Positions 8,304 to 15,522 of a DNA stretch of 24,829 bases are shown here, piece after piece. The stretch lies in the IMG/VR virus record IMGVR_UViG_3300046490_000018, positions 1 to 24,829 of that record; one strand, written 5' to 3'. Within the stretch, counting starts at the first letter, position 1. Every line of letters starts with the position of its first letter. Position numbers and translations under genes: made by a program. The notes beneath the pieces were generated by a model. The model saw only the letters and a list, made by a program, of their open reading frames with translations. It did no database searches and was not told the DNA's origin. The stretch comes from a virus (taxonomy: Duplodnaviria; Caudoviricetes).

Positions 8304-8993
8304 ATGCCTGCCGCAAAGACCAGCGCAATCGTCAACATCGACCTCGACTGCACCGAGTTGCTCCGCAAGTGCAAGAACTACGACAAGCGGCTCGCGTACA
8401 ACGTCGTCACCGCGCTCAACGAGGCGGCGCTGGCGGTCCAGAAAGCAGAGAAGGCCAACGTCCGCGCTATGCTCAAGGTCAGGAACAACTCGTTCATCGA
8501 CCAGAACATCGCTCGGATCGTGAAGGCCAGCGTGAAGGCGCAACGGCCATACGCGGAGGTGTTCATCCCGCAGAAGCCGCGATACCTCATGCCCTTCCTT
8601 GAAACTGGAGGCACAAAGGTGCCCGGACTCTTCCCCGAACTCTCGCACCCGACGCTCGGGATGCCCGCGATTGGCGGCCCCGCGCGCACGGACGACATGG
8701 CGAAGGTGCCTCGTAGCCTCTACCTCACGATCCTCAAGTTCAAGGCGGCTCGCGGAGGGCAGGTCTACCTCCAGAAGCGGCTCGGGCTGTACGCGATCAA
8801 GGGCGTAGGTGTGTTCCAGCGAGTGAAGGGATCGAGCGACGGGGTGCTCGTATACTCGTACCGAACGAAAGTCCCGCTGGGGAAGCGTCTCGGCTGGCTC
8901 AAGTTGGCGATTGCAACCGCACAACGGACGGTGCAGGCCGCACTGTTCCGCGAGGTCAGCAAGTCTTGGGACAGGGCGGGCCGGGGCTACTGA
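8304..8993 (+). CDS. Basic virion morphogenesis protein, lambda gpZ-like (tail completion/neck) candidate
   Basis: AGGAGGG RBS. Very basic, with an N-terminal VTALNEAA helix. Lies just upstream of terS, a position common for this family in lambda-like phages. Confidence 0.55.
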   Translation: MPAAKTSAIVNIDLDCTELLRKCKNYDKRLAYNVVTALNEAALAVQKAEKANVRAMLKVRNNSFIDQNIARIVKASVKAQRPYAEVFIPQKPRYLMPFLETGGTKVPGLFPELSHPTLGMPAIGGPARTDDMAKVPRSLYLTILKFKAARGGQVYLQKRLGLYAIKGVGVFQRVKGSSDGVLVYSYRTKVPLGKRLGWLKLAIATAQRTVQAALFREVSKSWDRAGRGY

Positions 8994-9008
8994 GCGAAAG
9001 GCTGGGCC

Positions 9009-9506
9009 GTGGGGGTAAGCATCAGGGCATTCGCTGAGAGCGTCGGAGTCTCACATACCGCCGTTCGCAAGCGCATCGAAAACGGCACGCTGAGCACGCT
9101 GGAGGACGGCACCATCGACCCCAGAGTGGCGGTGCGCGAGTGGGTCATGGCTACCCGGGAGAACCCGAATCCGGGGACTCCCGGGAGCACCAAGGCCACG
9201 CAAGGCTCCGCCGGGCACGTCGGGATGCTGTTGGAGGCGCGAGCGGCGCGGCAGGTGATCGAGGCGCAGATTGCCGACCTGAACCTGAAGAAGATGCGCG
9301 GCGAACTGGTCAACGCCGAAGAGATGAAGAAGGAAGCGTTCTCGTTGGCTCGCAGAATCCGCGACCTACTGCTCTCGACGCCCTCCCGGCTGGCACCGGT
9401 GGTGGCGGGCCTCGGTGGCGACACCGACGGGTGCTACAAGGCCATCGAGAGCGAGATGGAAAACGTGTGCGACGAACTCGCCGCACTCGCAGGAGAAGAG
9501 GAATGA
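9009..9506 (+). CDS. terS: Terminase small subunit (Nu1-like)
   Basis: HTH SIRAFAESVGVSHTAVRKRIENGTL, coiled coil, GELVNAEE and IRDLLLSTPSRLAP. Directly upstream of terL. Confidence 0.88.
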   Translation: MGVSIRAFAESVGVSHTAVRKRIENGTLSTLEDGTIDPRVAVREWVMATRENPNPGTPGSTKATQGSAGHVGMLLEARAARQVIEAQIADLNLKKMRGELVNAEEMKKEAFSLARRIRDLLLSTPSRLAPVVAGLGGDTDGCYKAIESEMENVCDELAALAGEEE

Positions 9507-11443
9507 GCGTAGCGCAGAGCATGTACATCGGCGCTTGGCGCGAGGGAATGACCCGCGACAAGACGCAGACCGTGAGTGAGTGGGCCGACGCGCATCGCTT
9601 CCTGTCCGAGATGGCCTCTGCCGAGCCGGGCCGCTGGCGCACCTCGCGCACGCCCTACTTGAAGGAGATCATGGACTGCCTCTCGCCCGGCTGCCGCGTG
9701 CAGCGCGTGATCGTCATGGCGGGGGCGCAGTTGGGCAAGACCGAGTGCGGCAACAACTGGCTCGGCCACATCATCCATCGCACGCCGGGTCCGATGCTCT
9801 ACGTCGAGCCGACGCTGGACGTGGTGAAGAAGGTCAGCCGACAGCGCATCACTCCGATGATCGAGGCCACGCCCGTGCTCACAGATAGGGTCGCGGCCAC
9901 GCGCTCGCGCGACTCGGGAAACACGGTCCACGTCAAAGAGTTCCGTGGCGGCCTGCTGCTGATGACGGGAGCGAACTCCGCCGCCGGACTGCGCTCGATG
10001 CCGATCCGATTCCTGTTCTGCGACGAGGTGGACGAGTACCCCGGCGACGTTGACGGGCAGGGCGATCCGGTGGCTCTGGCCGAGAAGCGAACCGCTACCT
10101 ACGCGCGGCGCAAGATTCTCCAGACCTCGACTCCCACCGTGCGCGGCGTCTCGCGCATCGAGCGCGAGTACCTAGCCAGCGATCAGCGCAAATACTTCAT
10201 CCCGTGCCCCGAGTGCGGCCACATGGACTACCTCCAGTGGACGATTGGCGGCTGGCGCGGCAACGAGGGGCGACACCACCACATCGTCTGGAAGGACCAC
10301 GACCCCAAGAGCGTCGTGATGTGCTGCGCCTCCTGTGACGCCAAGATTCAAGAGAGCCAGAAAACGTGGATGCTGCTGCGCGGCGAGTGGCGAGCCACGA
10401 ACCCGGAGCCGACTGACGGCAAGACGGCTGGCTTCCACATCTCCAGCCTCTACTCTCCTCTCGGTTGGAAAACGTGGGCCGAGTGCGCCAAGGAGTTCTG
10501 GGACGCGAAGGACGATCCGTTCCGCCTCAAGACGTGGGTGAACACGGTCCTAGGAGAGACGTGGGAAGATCAGGGCGATGCCGTCGAGGCTGCGCTCCTG
10601 AAGATGAAGTTGGAGGCGCCCGGCAAGGCTGAAGTTCCCAACGGAGTGGGCGTGCTGGTCGCCTCGGTGGACGTGCAGGGTGATCGTCTGGAGGCGCAGG
10701 TCGTCGGGTTTGGCGAGAAGGAAGAGTCGTGGCTGATCGCGTTTGAGCAGATTCTGGGCGACCCGTCCCATCAGGGGGTGTGGTCGAAGTTGGACCTGTT
10801 CCTCCAGCAGCCGTTCGAGCACGAGAGTGGGCGTGTGTGCCACGTCGAACTGACGATGATCGACTCTGGCGGCGCGCACACCGAACAGGTCTACCGCTAC
10901 TGCAAGGCGCGGCTGACGGGCCGAAAGAACCGGCGCGTGTTCCCGATCAAGGGAGGCACGGTCAGTGGTCGTCCGCTCGTGGAGCGGCCCTCGCTGCACA
11001 ACCGCTACCACGTCCCCCTATACGTCCTGTGCGTGGACACCGGCAAGGACATCATCATGGGTCGCCTCCAGATGCCGAAGAACACGCGGGCGCCCGGCTA
11101 CATCCACCTGCCAGACTGGGTTGACGATGAGTACCTTGAGCAGTTGGCGTCCGAGCGCGCGATCCGCAAGTACGTCAAGGGGCGCGGCAGCGTGCGTTCG
11201 TGGCAGCCGATCCGCGACCGCAACGAGGCGCTCGATCTGACCGTGTACTCACTGGCGGCGCTCTACGCTTGCGGCCCGGCGTTCATCAAGACCCTCGGCG
11301 CTCGCGCGGAGAAGTGGGCGGTCCCTATTGCGAAGGTGGAGGCGCCCAAGGGCGAGGACGCTGCTCGCGTGGAGACGCTTCCGCACGTCATGGTGCGGGA
11401 GAAGTTGAGCAAGAAGAAGAAGGGCTGGGTCACGGGCTACTAG
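9503..11443 (+). CDS. terL: Terminase large subunit (lambda gpA family)
   Basis: TVSEWAD...SAEPGRWRTSRTPYL, Walker A AGAQLGKTE, Walker B FLFCDEVD, STPT, CPECGH, VDVQGDRLE and RNEALD. Start ATG 9503 by ATGA overlap. Confidence 0.97.
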   Translation: MSVAQSMYIGAWREGMTRDKTQTVSEWADAHRFLSEMASAEPGRWRTSRTPYLKEIMDCLSPGCRVQRVIVMAGAQLGKTECGNNWLGHIIHRTPGPMLYVEPTLDVVKKVSRQRITPMIEATPVLTDRVAATRSRDSGNTVHVKEFRGGLLLMTGANSAAGLRSMPIRFLFCDEVDEYPGDVDGQGDPVALAEKRTATYARRKILQTSTPTVRGVSRIEREYLASDQRKYFIPCPECGHMDYLQWTIGGWRGNEGRHHHIVWKDHDPKSVVMCCASCDAKIQESQKTWMLLRGEWRATNPEPTDGKTAGFHISSLYSPLGWKTWAECAKEFWDAKDDPFRLKTWVNTVLGETWEDQGDAVEAALLKMKLEAPGKAEVPNGVGVLVASVDVQGDRLEAQVVGFGEKEESWLIAFEQILGDPSHQGVWSKLDLFLQQPFEHESGRVCHVELTMIDSGGAHTEQVYRYCKARLTGRKNRRVFPIKGGTVSGRPLVERPSLHNRYHVPLYVLCVDTGKDIIMGRLQMPKNTRAPGYIHLPDWVDDEYLEQLASERAIRKYVKGRGSVRSWQPIRDRNEALDLTVYSLAALYACGPAFIKTLGARAEKWAVPIAKVEAPKGEDAARVETLPHVMVREKLSKKKKGWVTGY

Positions 11444-11455
11444 AAGGGAGGGCGC

Positions 11456-11812
11456 GTGAAGATAGATGTCCACGTCCACTTTGACGGGACGGAGCAGCAG
11501 CAGCGAAGCGAAGCGAAGTTGAACGAGTTGCTCGCGTTGGTGAAGAATCTCATCAGGGAGGATCACAGCATGTCGCAGAAGATGGATGAACTGGTCGCGC
11601 AGGTTGCCAAGACGGATGGCGTCATCGACTCGGCGGTTGTCGCGCTCACGGGCTTCGGCCAGCAGTTGACCGATCTCCAGACCGAACTCGCTGCGGCTGG
11701 CGTGGACACGACGGCGGTGGAGACGCTGCGCGCCGACCTCGCGGCCAAGACGGACGCGCTCGCGGCTGCCATCGCCACGGTCACGCCGCCGGTCACGCCC
11801 ATCGCTCCGTAG
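11456..11812 (+). CDS. Ala-rich coiled-coil phage protein
   Basis: GGGAGGG RBS and heptad pattern. A second in-frame ATG at 11570 has its own GGGAGG. Confidence 0.7.
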   Translation: MKIDVHVHFDGTEQQQRSEAKLNELLALVKNLIREDHSMSQKMDELVAQVAKTDGVIDSAVVALTGFGQQLTDLQTELAAAGVDTTAVETLRADLAAKTDALAAAIATVTPPVTPIAP

Positions 11813-11823
11813 CCCTCAACCCG

Positions 11824-11851
11824 GGGGCGGGGTCGCACGCCACCCCGCCCC
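11824..11851. terminator. GC-rich hairpin (10-bp stem, 8-nt loop), possible terminator or RNA structure
   Basis: GGGGCGGGGT-CGCACGCC-ACCCCGCCCC. No U-tract. Confidence 0.5.
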
Positions 11852-11865
11852 ACGGAGGCCGCTCC

Positions 11866-12393
11866 GTGAACCTATACATCCTCGCCATGTTTGCGCTGCT
11901 GCGCTGGACGAATCCTCCGCAGGTGATCGACAGCCTGCGCTTCGTGCAGGTGAAGGCCACCGGGGACACGGTGGCAGCAACGACCTACTCCAGCACGTCG
12001 CCGCTCGTAACGAAGAGGGCTGGCGCCTCGGGCGCGCGGGACAGCGCGTGGATCAGCCTGAGCGTGGCGAACGTCGTGGGACCGGCGGCGATCAGGCTCC
12101 ACGTTTTCACCCACGGACCCGCAGGATGGTCCGGCCCGAGCAATGCGCTCTCGCTGTTCTACGCGGCGCGCGACACGTTCTACCTCGGCCCTCCCGGGGG
12201 CGGCCTCGCTACGGAGGGCTGGTGGCGCGGCCCCCGGCTATGTTCTTACTCGCAGGAACTCGGGGACGCCACATGGGCGGACTGGCGGCATCAGGAGGTG
12301 GTGCAGAGCGCCGCCCGCGCTGGCCTCTGCCGGACCTACGGCTACGCCTGTCGCCGTGGGGTCAGGGACACCGCTTGGTGCGTGGGGCAATGA
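11866..12393 (+). CDS. Hypothetical protein with hydrophobic N-terminus and FN3-like beta domain
   Basis: GGAGG RBS. LRWTNP...HVFTHGPAGWSGPSN resembles FN3 strands. Cys-containing C-terminus. Confidence 0.55.
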   Translation: MNLYILAMFALLRWTNPPQVIDSLRFVQVKATGDTVAATTYSSTSPLVTKRAGASGARDSAWISLSVANVVGPAAIRLHVFTHGPAGWSGPSNALSLFYAARDTFYLGPPGGGLATEGWWRGPRLCSYSQELGDATWADWRHQEVVQSAARAGLCRTYGYACRRGVRDTAWCVGQ

Positions 12394-12396
12394 GAG

Positions 12397-12424
12397 GCGG
12401 GGGTCCGGTTCCTTGGACCCCCGC
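12397..12424. terminator. Hairpin between convergent genes, probable bidirectional terminator
   Basis: GCGGGGGTCC-GGTTCCTT-GGACCCCCGC, located between convergent stop codons at 12393 and 12448. Confidence 0.65.
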
Positions 12425-12447
12425 ATCGCCAGACCCTCCTTGGCTGG

Positions 12448-14229
12448 TCAGAATCTCGGAGCAGGCTTCTTCGCAGGAGCGCCGGGCGGGGACGCACCGT
12501 TAGGCGATTCCGCCTTCTTCGGTGGGGTGCCGTCCCCTACGCCCGGGTTCGCTCCAAATGGATTCGGCGGCTGTTCGGGCTTGGCGTCGATCTTCACGCC
12601 GCGCTCTTCCGCGAGCCGCTGCTCCTCTTCCAGTTCGTCCAGAATGTCCTCGAACGCGATGCCCTGTTCGGCAAGCGCACGGGTGCGACTCGACAGGCCG
12701 GAGCCGATGCCGTCGATGGTGGCCGTCGTATCCTTCTGCGGGTCCACCCACATCCAGCCGCGCCCGGTGAACGCGACCGCGCTCAACTTGTCGAAGTCGT
12801 CGGTCGGCAACTTCAGTTCGCCGGTCAGGTTGCCCATCTCCAGCCATCGGCGGTAGATCGGAAGCAGGAAGCCCGACCGCCACCACTCCTGAAGCATGGC
12901 CCACTGGTCTCGCTCGATGAGCAGCCCGGAGCGCATGGACGAGTAGTTCACGCCCTCCAGATCGTTGCACAGGGCGTTGTACGAAACGGCGAGGCCGGTG
13001 GCGACGGAGCGAAGGATGCTCTTCACGAAGTCGGGATACTGGCTCGTCGGATGCGTGGGGTCCCAAGCCTGAAACTCGGTGCCCGGCATCAGGCGCTCGA
13101 TGCTGCCCGGGGTCGCTTCCATTGACGGATTGTCCTGCTCTCCGTCCGTGTCCACGATGTCGCCCGCGCTTCCCTCCTGCGTCTTGATGAAGCCCATCTT
13201 GGCAGCGCCAGCACGGGCCGCGAAGAGTTCCGCCTCTTCGTAGCCGGAGAGCATCTTGAGCGCCACCATGATCGCGGCGAACCATGTCGGAGCGCGGGTC
13301 TGACCGATGCGCGTCGGCAGGTAGAGATGAAGCATCTCGCCCTTGTGCGTGATTGGGTTGTAGGCCGCCACGCGAGTGCGCTTACGGTTCTGCGTCATCC
13401 CGCCCACAATGGGACGGTCGAGGACGAAGTACGCGAGCGGGCCGCCCCACTGGTCAACCTCGACGCCAAGCCGCACCTCGACTCCGCCCTCATCGCGCGA
13501 GACGTTGTACGTCTCGTCAATCAGGTCGGAGTCCACGAACTGAAGCGCGAACCCGTACTTGTTCGGGTAGCCGTTGACCATGCGGACGAACAGTTCGCCG
13601 TCCGTGGCTCCTGCCTTAAGCCCGAGCCAAGAAGCGGCGTTGAGCGAATGGCGCCGGTCCACGGTCACGATGCGCGACCAGTCCGCGAACTTCTCCTCCA
13701 GCATCTCGTTCAGCACTTCGTTGAGAGGCGGCGAAGCCTTCTTCGACTTCTTCGGCTTGGGGGCCGCATTTCCGGGCGACACCCCGTTGGCGGAGCCGTT
13801 CATGCCCGGCTTCATGGCCGCAGCCAGAGCCGGGGGGAACGCGCGCTCGGGCGCAGCCTTGGAGAGCACCTTGGCGCAATGGTCGAATCCGTTGGGTCCG
13901 ATCACGCTCGCGGCGAGCAGGGTGAGGAACTGCTTGATGTACGGGTTGTTCCGCGCGAGATCGCGCGCACGCGAACGGAGGAAGCGGATGTTGTAGCGAA
14001 GTTCGTCGTCCGACTGAAGGCCAAACGTCACCCAGTCGGCAACCGAACGGCCACCACTTGCCCCCTTGAAGATGCCGTCTCCGCCCCCGGTGGGGATGCC
14101 CGGAATCTCCATGAGCGCCCGCTTGGCCGCCTTGCGCGCAGCCCGCTCGTGGCGGACGCGGGACTTCTCCGCCTCTCGGGCGCAGTCCTCATAGGACATG
14201 CGGCGGACGACCAGTTCCGTGCCGCTCAT
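12448..14229 (-). CDS. Phage portal protein, lambda gpB family
   Basis: LRSRARDLARNNPY, DGELFVR, LGVEVDQWGGPLAY, RIGQTR.PTWFA, DLEGVNYSSMRSGLL and GWMWVDPQKD. Confidence 0.96.
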   Translation of the reverse strand: MSGTELVVRRMSYEDCAREAEKSRVRHERAARKAAKRALMEIPGIPTGGGDGIFKGASGGRSVADWVTFGLQSDDELRYNIRFLRSRARDLARNNPYIKQFLTLLAASVIGPNGFDHCAKVLSKAAPERAFPPALAAAMKPGMNGSANGVSPGNAAPKPKKSKKASPPLNEVLNEMLEEKFADWSRIVTVDRRHSLNAASWLGLKAGATDGELFVRMVNGYPNKYGFALQFVDSDLIDETYNVSRDEGGVEVRLGVEVDQWGGPLAYFVLDRPIVGGMTQNRKRTRVAAYNPITHKGEMLHLYLPTRIGQTRAPTWFAAIMVALKMLSGYEEAELFAARAGAAKMGFIKTQEGSAGDIVDTDGEQDNPSMEATPGSIERLMPGTEFQAWDPTHPTSQYPDFVKSILRSVATGLAVSYNALCNDLEGVNYSSMRSGLLIERDQWAMLQEWWRSGFLLPIYRRWLEMGNLTGELKLPTDDFDKLSAVAFTGRGWMWVDPQKDTTATIDGIGSGLSSRTRALAEQGIAFEDILDELEEEQRLAEERGVKIDAKPEQPPNPFGANPGVGDGTPPKKAESPNGASPPGAPAKKPAPRF

Positions 14230-14786
14230 AGGCTTTCTCCCGTCGAGCCGAAGGTGACGTGAATCGGCTTCAGTCTTCCCCCGCTGCGCTGGGCTTTCAC
14301 GATGGCGCGGAGTTTCGTGTAGATCGACCAGTATTCGCGCGGGTCAATCATGCTCAGGGAGCGACCGAGGATGATGTAGGACTGGTAGCCCGCTGCCAGA
14401 GTGCCTTGGAGTTTCGTCTCCATGACTGCCAGCATCTTCTCTTCGGGCGTCTTGTAAGAGTCGGCGGTCGCGGTGGCGATGTTCGGAAGGACGATCAGCC
14501 GACCCTGCTCGGCGTCAAAAACGAACCCGGCCTTCGTGACGCGATGAATCCAGCGGTAGTTGCCCGGGGCGAGAAGTCCGCCCTCGTTGTCGCCTCCGCT
14601 GAACGCAACGACGAAGTCGGTCCCAGATGCCGTGGCAGCCTTATACATCTTCGACGGCGTGGTTCCTCCGACGACGTAGACGGTCATCGAGTAAGTCCCC
14701 GCCGGATAATCGGGGATCGTCCGGGTGTAGGTGAGGCTGTTGCCCGCACAGTAGGCCTCGGGCATCGCCGTCAACGTATCGCTCAT
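14226..14786 (-). CDS. Head-tail adaptor / gpW-like head completion protein with N-terminal Ig-like extension
   Basis: C-terminal QSYIILGRSLS...KLRAIVKAQ...IHVTF is gpW-like. Immediately upstream of the portal with ATGA overlap. AAGGAGG RBS. Confidence 0.75.
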   Translation of the reverse strand: MSDTLTAMPEAYCAGNSLTYTRTIPDYPAGTYSMTVYVVGGTTPSKMYKAATASGTDFVVAFSGGDNEGGLLAPGNYRWIHRVTKAGFVFDAEQGRLIVLPNIATATADSYKTPEEKMLAVMETKLQGTLAAGYQSYIILGRSLSMIDPREYWSIYTKLRAIVKAQRSGGRLKPIHVTFGSTGESL

Positions 14787-14905
14787 GGGAACCTCCTTGC
14801 TGGATAGTGGCCGCGACCGAAGCCCCGGTCTATTCCAGAAAAACTGGAATACCTAAACGCTTGACTCGCGTGCATGATGCTCGCGTCCTCAACGAAGGAG
14901 GCGGC
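14787..14905. promoter_or_regulatory. Divergent intergenic control region with dyad sites
   Basis: Outward-facing AAGGAGG RBSs on both strands. Perfect dyad TATTCCAG-AAAAA-CTGGAATA (14831-14851), GACCG-N6-CGGTC, imperfect dyad CGCGtGCATgATGCtCGCG (14867-14885), and TTGACT at 14861. Confidence 0.6.
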
Positions 14906-15187
14906 ATGGCAGCGGTGGACAGATATGCGGCGCAGGATGCGACCAAGACTGGCAGCCTCCTCGTCCCCCCGAGTCACGCTGAAGTTCTATCGCAGCACGA
15001 CACCAACGAGATCGGTTATGTGACCTCGTATGTCTGGGTCGGCGGCGCCGGCGCTATCACCGTGGTCACGTTCGGCGGCGAGACGGTGCTCATCTCCGGC
15101 ATCGCGGCGGGCACGCTGTTGCCGCTGCGAATCAAGCAACTCAAGGCCACCGGAACCACGGCTACGCTGGTGGTGGGACTCTCCTGA
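14906..15187 (+). CDS. Head spike base protein (RcGTA Rcc01079-like family)
   Basis: YVWVGGAGAITVVTFGGETVLISGIAAGTLLPLRIKQLKATGTTAT matches the family signature. AAGGAGG RBS before ATG 14906. Confidence 0.82.
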   Translation: MAAVDRYAAQDATKTGSLLVPPSHAEVLSQHDTNEIGYVTSYVWVGGAGAITVVTFGGETVLISGIAAGTLLPLRIKQLKATGTTATLVVGLS

Positions 15188-15522
15188 TGCAGCCCTCCCT
15201 CGTCGCGGCCTGCATGCAGAAGCACTCTGCGGCTCTCCCGGTGACGAGGACCGTGACCGTCATCGCTGACCCGACCTACAACTTCATGGGCAGTTGCACT
15301 CCGGTCGCTGGCGTCTATGTGGTCAACGACGGAGGGTCTTTCGACCTTCACATCGTTGCCAACGATTCCTTCTGCATCGACCCTGATCTCGGGATTGGCA
15401 TCTCTGGCAACTGCACCCCGAACGGAGACGGTACGTTCGCGGGAGGAGCAACGAACGAGACGCTTCACCTGACGAACATCCACGGTAACTGCGTGGTGGA
15501 AATGCGATGGGGGATGGCCTGA
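15187..15522 (+). CDS. Putative short head-spike/fibre beta-domain protein
   Basis: TGATG-coupled to the spike base gene and the capsid gene. Beta-rich with several Cys. Occupies the position of the spike fibre. Confidence 0.5.
   Translation: MQPSLVAACMQKHSAALPVTRTVTVIADPTYNFMGSCTPVAGVYVVNDGGSFDLHIVANDSFCIDPDLGIGISGNCTPNGDGTFAGGATNETLHLTNIHGNCVVEMRWGMA

Noticed and set aside
8970-8990. GGGCGGGCCGGGGC resembling lambda cosN (GGGCGGCGACCT)
   Set aside because: Only the first 6 bases match in GC-rich coding sequence, with no flanking dyad or R sites.
14845-14890. Canonical sigma70 or sigma54 promoter
   Set aside because: TTGACT has no -10 at 16-18 nt spacing, and the GG-N10-GC spacing is off by one.
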